Assembly (NCBI GenBank): GCA_965222805.1
Contig: CBDCUX010000005.1
Coordinates: 3,108,770-3,172,769, forward strand
Length of the DNA stretch: 64,000 nucleotides
Direction of reading: 5' to 3'
Source: Candidatus Poribacteria bacterium
GTDB lineage: Bacteria > Poribacteria > WGA-4E > PCPOR2b
In this document: one piece after another, positions 30,974 through 41,488 of the stretch
Layout of the letters: the number at the start of each line of letters is the position of its first letter
Position numbering within the stretch: the stretch's first letter is position 1
Made by a program: the position numbers and the translations under genes
Notes under the pieces: model-generated
The model's database searches: none
Seen by the model: the letters and a program-made list of their open reading frames with translations, nothing else
Told to the model about the DNA's origin: nothing

Positions 30974-31029
30974 GCAAGGGAGATGGAAGGGCTAGAACAA
31001 ACGGAAGAAAGTCAGGAGGTATAACATAT

Positions 31030-31911
31030 ATGGATAAGGTAGATGTACACGTGCACGTATTTGCCAAGTTGAGCGACGAATACCCCCGCGAAGTCAGTGG
31101 TTTGGCACCAGCGGACAAAGAAGCGACTGCCGAGCAGCTCCTGCGAGAGATGGACGCAGCGGGTATAGATAAGACGGTGTTGATCGATATGGGAGGCACC
31201 CGGATTGAAGAGCATAGGTATGTGACCCACTGTGTCCAGAGGTGGCCCGACCGTTTCACCGCCACCGGGTTGGTAGATGGAAACGATCCGGATCTGCCAG
31301 CACGCCTTAAGGAGTTAGTTGATGCTACCGGCATTGAGGGCATCCGTATCGGCGATTTGGGCGATCCGAACGCCACACACGTTGAGGACCTGAAGGCTTA
31401 CCCTCTGTTTCAGTGTGCCGACGAGTTGGGTATCAACATCAATATCTACACAGGTGGCACCAATATCGGTTGCGTTGAGATGCTGGCAGGAACCTTTCCT
31501 AACGTCAACATCTCTCTAGACCACCTCGGTGTAATGCCAGGCACTCCTAGCGCGGTAGATCGTTGGGGACGACCCCGTTTTGACGATGAGCCGTTGCCGC
31601 CGGCGACCTATCCGCGGGTTATTGACATGGCGCAATTTCCCAACGTGTACATTAAGGTTTCCGGGGAGTATGCTTTTTCCAAAAAACCTTGGCCCTACGA
31701 AGACATGAAACCGATGGTCGAGGGAATCTACGAAATCTACGGACCGGAACGCATGATGTGGTGTACAGACTCTCCGTGGATTCTTGAGGAGCCGGGCTAC
31801 CAGAAACTGGTGGATCTCATCGATTTTCATCTGCCCTCTATCAGCAAAGACGAAAAAGACAAAATCATGGGGGGCACTGCACTGAAGATTTGGTTCAAAA
31901 AGGGTAATTGA
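31030..31911 (+). CDS. Amidohydrolase-2 family metal-dependent TIM-barrel hydrolase
   Basis: N-terminal VDVHVHVF metal-binding motif. AGGAGG RBS in front of the ATG at 31030. Confidence 0.7.
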   Translation: MDKVDVHVHVFAKLSDEYPREVSGLAPADKEATAEQLLREMDAAGIDKTVLIDMGGTRIEEHRYVTHCVQRWPDRFTATGLVDGNDPDLPARLKELVDATGIEGIRIGDLGDPNATHVEDLKAYPLFQCADELGININIYTGGTNIGCVEMLAGTFPNVNISLDHLGVMPGTPSAVDRWGRPRFDDEPLPPATYPRVIDMAQFPNVYIKVSGEYAFSKKPWPYEDMKPMVEGIYEIYGPERMMWCTDSPWILEEPGYQKLVDLIDFHLPSISKDEKDKIMGGTALKIWFKKGN

Positions 31912-32127
31912 GAAGGTGAGGCGAGTAGAATCGAGCTAGGACAGTGGACGTTCGCGTAGGCGTCGGTTCGTCGGGCGGTGTGGACCCTCCCTAATGAAAC
32001 AAGGTAGGGAGGTAACCTGTGTCCACGATTAGATTGCCATTGTCATGTGCATTAGGAAATAGGACATGATTTTCGCAATCAAAGGGCGTAAGTACTGCAC
32101 AAAATTTATTTCCAACCAATTGCTGAC

Positions 32128-32913
32128 CTATTTGAGAAGCACTCTAGGGATACGAGAACCGGGGTATTCCTGATTCGGATCGCGGTTGGCAATGATCTCA
32201 GGAATTTCGTCCTCCCAATCGTCGGGAATTGTCATGGGACGCTTGTGCCACGCTAAGATTAGGGTTCGTCGCTCGTCTGTCAGGTTCCGGTGCGCTGAAT
32301 GCAGAACGCGGGCGTCTGCCAAGACGAGTGCCCCCGCTGAGACGAAGACATTTTCCTGATCCGGATGATCGCTGAACATGATCGGGTGGTCCTCTTCAAT
32401 AAATCGAGCCCCTTGTTCGTGTGCGGGGACGAGTTGATCGTGCAGCGGAACGCGATTGAGATGGGTGCCGGGGATAACTTTGAGGCAGCCGTTTTCAATC
32501 GTTGTATCGGTCAGGTAGTAGGATAGAAACATGGTCTGGGGCCAGGGCGAACAACTCATTGGATCATTCCACAACATCCAATCCTGATGCCAATAGAGCG
32601 CGGGTTCCTCAGGATCTTTAGTCAGGATGATAATCCCGCCGGTGCTCTCGAAATCTCCAAATCCCATTTGTTCAAGTGCCCGATGCGATGGTTGCCAATC
32701 CAACAGTTTCTGGATGATTGGGTTGTCCACACCTCGGACACCGACATGTTGCCCTTGATACCTCACGTCAGGTGGCGGTTCATGCCCAGCGATCAAGCGC
32801 TCCGATTCTTCTCGGAGTTCCTGTAGGAAGTCTTCGGTCAAGATATCATCTACAGCGCAGTAGCCATCCCGCATCATTTGTTCCCGCTTTTGTAACGCTA
32901 CTTCTGGGGTCAT
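32128..32913 (-). CDS. Phytanoyl-CoA dioxygenase (PhyH) family Fe(II)/2OG oxygenase
   Basis: WHQDW...VIPGTHL...H facial-triad context. AAGGAG RBS. Confidence 0.7.
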   Translation of the reverse strand: MTPEVALQKREQMMRDGYCAVDDILTEDFLQELREESERLIAGHEPPPDVRYQGQHVGVRGVDNPIIQKLLDWQPSHRALEQMGFGDFESTGGIIILTKDPEEPALYWHQDWMLWNDPMSCSPWPQTMFLSYYLTDTTIENGCLKVIPGTHLNRVPLHDQLVPAHEQGARFIEEDHPIMFSDHPDQENVFVSAGALVLADARVLHSAHRNLTDERRTLILAWHKRPMTIPDDWEDEIPEIIANRDPNQEYPGSRIPRVLLK

Positions 32914-32992
32914 ACCGTTCTCCTTTGCGTAGTTTTGACTCTAATCGATAGGAATATCACCCAACTGCTGGATTTATCGCAAGGCATAAGAT

Positions 32993-34174
32993 TCAAGCCC
33001 GTCCATGATGCGACTCAGCCGGTGCACGATACTCTACCTGCAGATGTGGGGTATTCAGACGTTGATGGTCTTGTATCCGGGAAGTCAAGCAACTCTCCAG
33101 CATCCCACTGACAACCAAGGTGCGCTCTGCTGGGTAAGGGGCAGCCCCGGTCATAATCATCTCCACAATCTTGGCAACTAAGCAGGCGGAGTAGGTCACG
33201 TTGGGTGTTGGGGTCAGGAAAAATTGCGTAGACACTGGATCTGGTACGCCCTTCAGGCGCGCGGCGAAGCAGTAGTCTCTGACTGCGCCGTTGAGCATCA
33301 GTAGTGTGGTTTGGAGTCCATCGTTGCGTTCGATAAAATAGGCTGCTGGATTTTCGACCAGTTTCTGGAGTTCGCCGGTGCCGAGCAGATCCTGAGTCCG
33401 TCCATCTTCCTCGGTCAGTCCACACGGGCTGTCGCACCGAGAGAGTGCTGACTCCAAAAGTTCCTTTGACCAACGTCCAGCCTCGCCTGCCTCCCACACC
33501 GCATCGCCTTCGATTAATTGCACCACCTTGACTCCGGTCTCACCACCTTTGCGGCGTTCGACCATGCACTGCATGGCTTCTAGGGCGTGATAATCCATCG
33601 GGTCAGAACCACCGACACCTATCATCAAGGCACTCTCAATCTCGCAATCAAGCGGCAACTCGACATCTGGCAGGCGCCAAGTTACTGGTAGGGACGAGCC
33701 GGCGAGGATTGGGAATCCCAAGCGATGACCGTCGTCCACCATCTCCTGTGCTTTCTCGAAATTGTAGGAGAGATGTTTGTCATTATATATTGGAACAGCA
33801 CGTCCGTCCTCCTCGAAAACCTTGACACACTCCTTGAAAAATTCGTAGCGTGGATAGAGAACCTGACCTTTCTCATTTCTTGGGTAATCACCATGCTCAC
33901 CTATGAGCAACACAGCATCGACTGCGAGCTTGTCGCCACCACAGCGAAGTGCTTCAGAAATCGTTGGGTAAACGGAAAAACTGAACTCGCGGGCGCGGTC
34001 AGTGGATTGGTCTCCTTCGGGCTTCTGATCTATATAAAGAGAAACGACCTGGGTATCGGGACGATGCCAGCGACCTTCATAAGGATAGCCGACGATGAAG
34101 CGGTCAGCAAAGTGTTGGGCATGTGACAGGTAACGATAGATGGTGGCAATCACGGCGATGCGTTTCGGTGCCAT
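32993..34174 (-). CDS. Conserved hypothetical protein, tandem paralog A (393 aa)
   Basis: Aligns along its full length with the upstream paralog (KIAAIVTEYRKYSHGQHIVDRF vs RIAVIATIYRYLSHAQHFADRF; VLLIGEHGxYP; QCMVERRxGGExGVK). AAGGAG RBS. Confidence 0.6.
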   Translation of the reverse strand: MAPKRIAVIATIYRYLSHAQHFADRFIVGYPYEGRWHRPDTQVVSLYIDQKPEGDQSTDRAREFSFSVYPTISEALRCGGDKLAVDAVLLIGEHGDYPRNEKGQVLYPRYEFFKECVKVFEEDGRAVPIYNDKHLSYNFEKAQEMVDDGHRLGFPILAGSSLPVTWRLPDVELPLDCEIESALMIGVGGSDPMDYHALEAMQCMVERRKGGETGVKVVQLIEGDAVWEAGEAGRWSKELLESALSRCDSPCGLTEEDGRTQDLLGTGELQKLVENPAAYFIERNDGLQTTLLMLNGAVRDYCFAARLKGVPDPVSTQFFLTPTPNVTYSACLVAKIVEMIMTGAAPYPAERTLVVSGMLESCLTSRIQDHQRLNTPHLQVEYRAPAESHHGRA

Positions 34175-34195
34175 TTACGTGTTTCTCCTTTGAAA

Positions 34196-35389
34196 TCAGG
34201 TTCTCCAGAAAGTCGATTCTTTCGTCGGTTGATAAGAGATATTTAGGTGTGGCGTCTCCTGCCGCGTCTGATCTTGAAAGAGGCTATCAACCCCGGCAGC
34301 AACCAACCCTGTAGTGAGCAGCGTGCGCTCGACCGGATAGGTCGCTGTCCCGCTCAGAAACATCTTTTCAACATTGTTGACCTGCGGCGAGAAAAAGTTG
34401 GCAAGGGTTGTGCGGACTGGAGGCATCGGCAGGTACATCTGTGTGGATAGTGGGGCATCCTGACCTTCGAGGTGAGCGGCGAAGTTGAAATCCTGTACCA
34501 GTCCGTTCATAAGAATCATGGTCGCTTTGAGACCGTCCAAATGTTCGTACTGATAGGCGATTGGGTCTTCAACCAATTGCTTCATTTCGTCCAAGGTTGG
34601 GAAGATGTTGTTGAACCCCTGCCGTGAGGGAGTGAGGGTGTGACTACGGGAGAGTGCGGCTTCAAACAGTTCACGCGACCACAGTTCCTCGTGATGCGCC
34701 TCCCAGAATTTGTCACCGCGGTAGGCTTGCAGCCACTTGACACCTTTTTCGCCGCCTTCGCGACGTTCTACCATGCACTGGATGGTCTCTAAGGCGTGGA
34801 AGTCGTAGCTGTCGACGCCCCCGATTGCGATACATAGTGCTTCCCGAACACGGGCACCCAACGGCATATCAATGGACGGGGTGCGCCAAGTCACCGGCAG
34901 GGACGATCCGGACATGAACGCAAAGTCCATCTCTTGAGAAATATCATACATCTCCCGTGCCCAATCCCAATTCCAAGAGAGATGCTTGTCGTTGAAGATG
35001 GACGCAGTTTTGCCGGTAGTTTTGTAGACTGAGACAATCTGCTTGAATAGCTCGTAGCGTGGGTAGAGATGCTGCCCCTTCTCGTTGGTGGGATAGCTGC
35101 CGTGCTCGCCGATGAGCAGGACCCCATCAACGGCGAGATCATCTCCTCCCAAAGTCAGGGTATCAGCGACGGTCGGATAGATTTTCATGTGGGGGAAGCG
35201 TTCCGCACGGTCACTGCTCAGGTCGCCTTCAGGTCGTTGATCGACGTAGAGTGAAACCAGATCCATTGCCGGGTGGTGGTGCCGACTGTTCCAGCCGTAT
35301 CCCTCTAGGAAACGGTCAACGATGTGCTGACCATGGGAATACTTGCGGTACTCTGTAACGATTGCCGCAATTTTGGGGCGTTTGGTCAT
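34196..35389 (-). CDS. Conserved hypothetical protein, tandem paralog B (397 aa)
   Basis: See paralog A. Only 21 nt separate it from the downstream gene, so a likely operon. Confidence 0.6.
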   Translation of the reverse strand: MTKRPKIAAIVTEYRKYSHGQHIVDRFLEGYGWNSRHHHPAMDLVSLYVDQRPEGDLSSDRAERFPHMKIYPTVADTLTLGGDDLAVDGVLLIGEHGSYPTNEKGQHLYPRYELFKQIVSVYKTTGKTASIFNDKHLSWNWDWAREMYDISQEMDFAFMSGSSLPVTWRTPSIDMPLGARVREALCIAIGGVDSYDFHALETIQCMVERREGGEKGVKWLQAYRGDKFWEAHHEELWSRELFEAALSRSHTLTPSRQGFNNIFPTLDEMKQLVEDPIAYQYEHLDGLKATMILMNGLVQDFNFAAHLEGQDAPLSTQMYLPMPPVRTTLANFFSPQVNNVEKMFLSGTATYPVERTLLTTGLVAAGVDSLFQDQTRQETPHLNISYQPTKESTFWRT

Positions 35390-35485
35390 AGTGCGAATAT
35401 CCTTTTATGAAATGCCGACCTTCGTCGGGCGGATATCATCCAACGTGATTCCAAAATAACACCAGATCGGTTGTCAGGCAGCTGG

Positions 35486-35839
35486 CTAAGTATGAAAGAT
35501 AATCAATGTTCGGTCTATCTCAATGAAATCGTACGTTGCAAATGCTTCTACAATTTGCTCAATATTTTGCAAAAACAGCGGTTCTAACTCGCTATTTTTG
35601 ATGTTACCTGTTGAAACCAGAAGCAACTTGTATGGTCTCTGGGCAATCATAAATGAATTGACAAAATCAGCATCCTTGGTGATTACTATCCGCTTTTCAT
35701 CCACTGAAATCTGGTTGATAGCACCATCAGGGGTTCGATTTTCAAGTGGTAAGTCGCGTGTGTGAATGGTATCATAACCAGCTTCTTACAATCGATAAGC
35801 AAGATGCCGCGGCAGGTGGGCATCTACTAAAAACTTCAT
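35486..35839 (-). pseudogene. DUF5615 (PIN-like) toxin gene interrupted by in-frame TAA at codon 18
   Basis: Translation from the ATG at 35839 gives MKFLVDAHLPRHLAYRL*EAGYDTIHTRDLPLENRTPDGAINQISVDEKRIVITKDADF.... The TAA is at 35788..35786 (minus). The ATG overlaps the DUF433 stop (ATGA). Confidence 0.55.
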
Positions 35840-36093
35840 ATCATAGTAGCCTGCATTCGCTGAACCTGAGTCAGTCGCGCTGCAAACGCCAAAGCCGCCA
35901 AGATATCGTTATGTTCTAAGTCGTCATAGTCTGCTAAAATTTCGTCGATAGTCATTTCTGCACTCAACAACTCTAGTATCAATTCAACAGGATAGCGCAA
36001 TCCACGTATGCACGGCTTGCCATGACAGATTTCAGGGTCTATTGTTATACGGTCAGCAAACATTTCAAACGAACCTATTTTGCATGTACTCAT
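35836..36093 (-). CDS. DUF433 family antitoxin-like protein
   Basis: RITIDPEICHGKPCIRGLRYPVELILELL is the DUF433 signature. Classic pairing with DUF5615. Confidence 0.65.
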   Translation of the reverse strand: MSTCKIGSFEMFADRITIDPEICHGKPCIRGLRYPVELILELLSAEMTIDEILADYDDLEHNDILAALAFAARLTQVQRMQATMI

Positions 36094-36223
36094 CGGGATT
36101 CCTCAATTCAACTTTGATTTGAACTGTTAGTTCATCTCAACTTATGAAATAATGCTGGGATTATGATGAGGAGAGACTACACCAATCCACAAAGGAAATC
36201 AAGCGAAAGGAAAACTACCGGCA

Positions 36224-36982
36224 TCACCGATACTGCTCCAGATTCCCCTTGTATTCCAGTCCTAGCACGCTACGTGACCGATCGACGTTGCAGGTCTGAT
36301 CGGCTTCGGGGGTGCCCACAATATGGAAGATATCGAAGCCGATTGTCGTGGACTCTATTCCCAGACGACACGCTTCCGCCAGATCATGCCGACAGACGCA
36401 GCCATTCCGCACCGGTGCCGCCTCGGAGCCTAGTTTCTCTCGACGCCTGTTGATTCCCAATCGACTATCCACAATATAATCCGGACGCAGGACAATAATA
36501 CGTGACCCGTACGCGTCGCAAAACTGCCGACACATCTCCTCCTGCAAACGCTTACAAACCGCGTACTGACTTCCATCGGGTCTTCTGACATCCGCGTTGA
36601 AAAATACTCCCTTGGGGTGCACCGTCTGACATGAACCGATATGCACAACTCGCTTGATACCGCGTTGATGTGCGGATTCCAGCACATTCCACAAACCCTT
36701 CAAATTGACTAGGAACGGCTGCGGATCATCTACGCCGTATCCACCGAAATAGACCGCGAGATGAATAACCGCATCCATTCCCTTTGTGGCGTTGTGCACA
36801 GTGGTGAAATCCACAATATCCCCGTGGATTATCTCTCCGTCCTGCCATTCGTCCTCAATATCCTTCCATTGCTCCCATGCCTCCGGTCCCCGATCAAAGG
36901 CGCGTACCTGATGTTTGCCTTCCAAGTTGGCAAGCGCAGCGCGGCCTACCCAACCGGCTGCGCCGAATACCACAACCTTCAT
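36224..36982 (-). CDS. NAD(P)-dependent epimerase/dehydratase-like short SDR (paralog of 12590..13312)
   Basis: MKVVVFGAAGWVGRA. Confidence 0.7.
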   Translation of the reverse strand: MKVVVFGAAGWVGRAALANLEGKHQVRAFDRGPEAWEQWKDIEDEWQDGEIIHGDIVDFTTVHNATKGMDAVIHLAVYFGGYGVDDPQPFLVNLKGLWNVLESAHQRGIKRVVHIGSCQTVHPKGVFFNADVRRPDGSQYAVCKRLQEEMCRQFCDAYGSRIIVLRPDYIVDSRLGINRRREKLGSEAAPVRNGCVCRHDLAEACRLGIESTTIGFDIFHIVGTPEADQTCNVDRSRSVLGLEYKGNLEQYR

Positions 36983-37004
36983 TCGCCGTATTCCTTTCGT
37001 AATC

Positions 37005-37811
37005 CTATCGGACTATTCTTGATTTCAGTTGGCCCCAAGTGGTTGCCAATTTGCCCTGCGCCTCCACAGCGAAAGGATTCTTTTCAGGTTCAGTGACAAA
37101 CACGTTGTCCACCTCGATTATAGACTCTTGCGTTCCAAAACCGATTCGTCCCTCGCCCTGTATGTTGAAGTCCTTAACGTCAACGAGGACTGGACCGTAA
37201 TTACCCGAAACTGCTGCTGCACCGTTATCTGTAAGGAAAAAACGGTAGCCTTTCTGGTGATTTTCGATTTTAATCCAGTAGTCTACACCTCTATCAAGTT
37301 TCGTTTTCGTCTCAGTTTTTTCAAATTCTTTCACAATATGCCGTATATGCCGAACCACAACGGATCTTTTTCCCTCCTTGTTCAGTTCCCAATAAATGAC
37401 ATGACGACGTAAACTTTCTTGCATCCGAGGCGGCAAAGCGTCTTTAGCAGCAAACCCCGCACCTTCATCGCTATGGAATCGCCAAATGATGAGCGGACTG
37501 GTGCCGGCTGCAAGCTTGACTGTTGAATAGAACCAGTAATCATTCCACTCTTCATTCCAATGCCCATCGGATACCAAGATAAGATTTTTACCATTTCGTT
37601 GGTTCTGTACCAATCTGCCATCTTTAATGACCCACGACCCAGAAGCCGTGTGCCATTTTCCTGTACCGTTCAACTTGTCTTTCGACTTATCAAAAGTATC
37701 TTCAAACAAGATTTTCTGTGCTCGAGCCAAACTTGGTAGGATTAGGATACTCGCCAAAATAGACATTACCACGAGAATCCATCGCTTTTGAGAATTTTGG
37801 TTACGACACAT
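37005..37811 (-). CDS. Secreted protein, DUF1080/LamG-like (3-keto-disaccharide hydrolase-like) domain
   Basis: Signal peptide (ILVVMSILASILILPSLARA). The WVIKDGRLVQ motif resembles the DUF1080 family. Confidence 0.45.
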   Translation of the reverse strand: MCRNQNSQKRWILVVMSILASILILPSLARAQKILFEDTFDKSKDKLNGTGKWHTASGSWVIKDGRLVQNQRNGKNLILVSDGHWNEEWNDYWFYSTVKLAAGTSPLIIWRFHSDEGAGFAAKDALPPRMQESLRRHVIYWELNKEGKRSVVVRHIRHIVKEFEKTETKTKLDRGVDYWIKIENHQKGYRFFLTDNGAAAVSGNYGPVLVDVKDFNIQGEGRIGFGTQESIIEVDNVFVTEPEKNPFAVEAQGKLATTWGQLKSRIVR

Positions 37812-38016
37812 GGTAAATCCTCCTTTTAATTGTACCAGTCAAACAGGCAATCATCATACAAACGCTTCAGAAATCTTCTCATGGAACTCTGTATATTAAA
37901 GTATACCCTATTATCCTTCTAGTTTCCAACATGATCTGAGCGAGATAATCACTTTTGATGAAACTTACCGATTTGGACAGTGTGTTATTTTTCAAATCGT
38001 AAGGGAGGTTCAAAAA

Positions 38017-39516
38017 ATGAAAGTGAATGTACCTCGAACATGCAGCATCGTTCTCATCTGCGTACTCGCCTTTAGCATACTCCAACATGCTGCATCGGCG
38101 GCAGATGAACGACAGACATTGCAAGCACTCAGTAAAAGTTTCGCTGTGCTCGCACAGGACGTTGGAGAAATGGTCGTTGGAATTCAAGCTGAACGGTCAG
38201 ATGAAAATAGAGATAGGGACCATCGCTTTGAAGGGTGGGAACGGTTCGGTCCGGAGAAATTCCGCCGTTGGTTTCGCCAAAACCCGGACCGAGGTGAAAG
38301 GCCGGAAGATTATTTTTTCGACCCTGACCCGTATCGGGGGCAAGAGCGGAGGCGGAATGTGATACCTGAGGATCTGCTCCTAAACGAGATTCGACATGAA
38401 ATCAATTTCGGATCTGGCATCTTACTAGATGAACAGGGGCACATTGCTACTGTTATCGAATTGGTTGGTAATAGCAAGGAGATTACTGTCACCCTTCAGG
38501 ACGGCAGACATCTTGAAGCTGAAGTGGTTGCTTCTGACAAAGGCACCGGGATTACTGTGCTCAAAGTCGATACCGGCGCGCTGCCGACAGCGAAATTCGG
38601 CGACTCGGATGACGTTGCCCTCGGTGAGTTGACCGTTGTCCTGGGATATACCGCGAATCAGGAACCTGCAATTTCTTTGGGAATGATTAGCGGCGTTGGA
38701 CGCAACCCGCATATCGCCGACTATGAAAACTGGCTCGCGCTTGACGCGAATCTGAGTCCCGGTTTGGGAGGCAGTGCCATCGTCAACGCACAAGGCGAAA
38801 TCATCGGCATGCGTGTTAGCGGCTCATCGAACAGCGCGTTTGCCATTCCGATTAACACAGTGAGACAGATTGCAGCAGAACTGATTGAACACGGAACAGT
38901 CACACGCGGCTGGCTTGGCGTTTCGATTCAGGAGATAGATTCCGGTCTAGCGAAGAAATTGGGTTTGGACAAACCGATGGGTACCCTGATCAACCGTGTC
39001 TTCAATGACACACCCGCTGAAGAATCTGGCTTACAAAAAGGTGATATAATCGTCGCTATTAACGGTGAGACGATTAAGAATGTGAATTATCTCCGCGCTG
39101 TGATTGCCATGTATAAGCCGACGACCACCGTCTCGATTTCCATTCTGCGGGATGGTCAGACGCAAGATATCTCTGTGACGCTTAGTGAACGTTCCGCACA
39201 AATTGTTCAACTTACCAACGATTCTGAGGGGCACGTGAATCTTTGGCGAGGACTCTCCGTTCAAAACCTGACAGCGGATCTGGCTGAAAAGCTGGGGCAC
39301 ACTTCGGATGAAGGGGTATTAATTGCTAGTGTGGCACCGGGCAGCGCGGCTGCCAAAGCGAGTCTCAGCAGAGGAGATTTGATTCTTGAGGTGGAGAACC
39401 AAGCCATTCACAGCGTAGAGGAGTTCAAATCGGCGGTGGAAAAGGTGACGGATGAAACCAAAGTCTTGCTACTCGTAAAACATGAGGGGCAAGTACGGTA
39501 TGTCACCGTAAAATGA
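38017..39516 (+). CDS. HtrA/DegP-like trypsin-fold serine protease with two PDZ domains
   Basis: Signal peptide, His (GHIATV) and Asp (DKGTGITVLKV) contexts, and two PDZ segments. The catalytic Ser motif reads GLGGSA instead of GNSGG. Confidence 0.7.
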   Translation: MKVNVPRTCSIVLICVLAFSILQHAASAADERQTLQALSKSFAVLAQDVGEMVVGIQAERSDENRDRDHRFEGWERFGPEKFRRWFRQNPDRGERPEDYFFDPDPYRGQERRRNVIPEDLLLNEIRHEINFGSGILLDEQGHIATVIELVGNSKEITVTLQDGRHLEAEVVASDKGTGITVLKVDTGALPTAKFGDSDDVALGELTVVLGYTANQEPAISLGMISGVGRNPHIADYENWLALDANLSPGLGGSAIVNAQGEIIGMRVSGSSNSAFAIPINTVRQIAAELIEHGTVTRGWLGVSIQEIDSGLAKKLGLDKPMGTLINRVFNDTPAEESGLQKGDIIVAINGETIKNVNYLRAVIAMYKPTTTVSISILRDGQTQDISVTLSERSAQIVQLTNDSEGHVNLWRGLSVQNLTADLAEKLGHTSDEGVLIASVAPGSAAAKASLSRGDLILEVENQAIHSVEEFKSAVEKVTDETKVLLLVKHEGQVRYVTVK

Positions 39517-39831
39517 AAATCAGCTAAAGTTGTTCAAAACCTGAACACCACTGTTAAATATTTGCACAACACTTGACACCTTAATAAAGTTGTGTTCTAA
39601 TTATTACAGGCTTCAGCGAGATGTCAGTGTTGGCACAAAGATTGCGTATTTTGTAATCACATTTGCCTCCAAAAATCGATAGCCGGGTCAGTTTTGGGAA
39701 TTGTGGTTTCCCTGAGTATTTTTGATTCGTTTCGAGGTCTGACTGGCACTCGCCTCGCTTATCAACTGGAATGCTTCCGTTGAAACTACATTCCCATCAA
39801 ACGACTCGGCTTTTTTATTAATTTCCCGCTT

Positions 39832-40731
39832 ATGAATGTATTCATTCAAATCGCTCAAGGCGTTGCTGGGGCGATTCTTATATCCCTTTTCTTCATTCTC
39901 AGATCGAGTTTCGGTGAAGCACGACATACACTCAGTATCATCGGTGCTATCATTATCTTCATCGCGAGCGGCTACATCCTGCGGACACGGCTGATCCGAT
40001 GGGGTAGCCGACAGGTCTGGCTCAAATATCATCAAAGACTTGCATCGTTAGGGTTATCGCTCGTTCTCATCCACTCAGCGGCTCAACCGCTCGCTTGGCA
40101 CTCGTGGTTGGCGTTTACGCTGGCACTGCTCAACCTTGGGACCGGCGTTGGTGTTAGCCTCACTGCACAGCGCACACGACGTATCCTCCTCCGCTGCCAT
40201 CTTGCTCTCGCACCCATTTTGCTGCTGACCGTTGTGCTGCACGGCAGAGAAAAATTAGATCACGATGAATTCTTCCCTCTGACAGAAGTCCATGACGTTC
40301 CATGCGTGACATGCCATACGTCGGAGGCGTTGCTGTTTAGTATAGATCCGTACTTCCAGAGCGATTTAGATAATGAAGGGGTTGTCTCAGAGAACTTGCA
40401 GTGGGAGTTTAATCTTCACGGAACCCCCCTTTCTCGACAGACAACGATTTCAACGAAAGAGGAAGGTAACCACTGGTTGGTAATTGACCCAAAAGATGAA
40501 GAGGAATATACGGTCAAGAAAGCGGATGAGCGGTTAAATGTGCATGCGGACGGGGTGTACGAGGCTTACACCTGCCTTACCTGTCATGTTCATAACACCC
40601 CTGAAATTCAAGAGGCGCACGAGAGTCATGGTGTCAAATCCTACAATGCCTGCTTCGAATGCCATCAGACTGTGATCAATGGAACAAAATACGGAAATCG
40701 AAAGGCGAATTGGGCATATAATGTGTGGTAG
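39832..40731 (+). CDS. Membrane-anchored triheme c-type cytochrome
   Basis: Four predicted TM helices, then three CxxCH motifs (CVTCH, CLTCH, CFECH). Confidence 0.6.
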   Translation: MNVFIQIAQGVAGAILISLFFILRSSFGEARHTLSIIGAIIIFIASGYILRTRLIRWGSRQVWLKYHQRLASLGLSLVLIHSAAQPLAWHSWLAFTLALLNLGTGVGVSLTAQRTRRILLRCHLALAPILLLTVVLHGREKLDHDEFFPLTEVHDVPCVTCHTSEALLFSIDPYFQSDLDNEGVVSENLQWEFNLHGTPLSRQTTISTKEEGNHWLVIDPKDEEEYTVKKADERLNVHADGVYEAYTCLTCHVHNTPEIQEAHESHGVKSYNACFECHQTVINGTKYGNRKANWAYNVW

Positions 40732-40773
40732 GTTGCGAAACAACCGCGCTCAATTAGCGATAAGGAGTAGTGG

Positions 40774-41433
40774 ATGCCCCAAGACTTCAAACCGGTGACG
40801 GTTGGGATATCGGGTGGTTCAGCATCAGGGAAAACAACATTAACGACAGTATTAGCAGAGGAACTCAAAGAATTCTCGCCGGTGATTCTTCACCAAGATT
40901 ACTACTTCAGGGATTGGTCGGAATACCCGCCGGAGGAGCGGGAGAAGGTCATTACCGCGAACCATCCGGATGCAGTTCAGTGGGAGGCGTTGCTTGGGCA
41001 TATCCGTCAACTGATTGCACGCCAACCGATTGAAACCCCACCCAAAGGAACGCGAGCGTTTGTACGCGGCGATGCGCCCGCCACGATTCAGTCGAGCGAT
41101 CTAATCATCGTTGAAGGACATCTTATCCTGTGGGATACAGCGCTTAGAGATTTGATGGATGTCAAACTCTTCGTTGATGTTGAACCGCATGAGCGGGTGC
41201 TGCGTCGTCTGTTGCGGGATGTCGCACAACGCGGTGGCGACCTTGAGGGGGCGGTTGCTTGGTATCGCCGGGATGTTATCCCCAATTTCTCGGTCTACAC
41301 CGAACCGTGTAAGGGGTATGCCGATCTCGTTGTTCCCTTCTTGGATGAGAATCCTGTGGCCTTGCAGACCATCGTCGCAGGATTACGAGAGCGAATTGTA
41401 AATCAACGCACCGAGGTGAAGCCTAAAAGGTGA
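40774..41433 (+). CDS. udk: Uridine kinase / PRK-family nucleoside kinase
   Basis: VGISGGSASGKTTLT P-loop with a Udk-like layout. Confidence 0.75.
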   Translation: MPQDFKPVTVGISGGSASGKTTLTTVLAEELKEFSPVILHQDYYFRDWSEYPPEEREKVITANHPDAVQWEALLGHIRQLIARQPIETPPKGTRAFVRGDAPATIQSSDLIIVEGHLILWDTALRDLMDVKLFVDVEPHERVLRRLLRDVAQRGGDLEGAVAWYRRDVIPNFSVYTEPCKGYADLVVPFLDENPVALQTIVAGLRERIVNQRTEVKPKR

Positions 41434-41488
41434 AATTGAGATGTGAGGAGCAAAAGAAATGCAGACGTGTGTGACTGATTAACAGATG

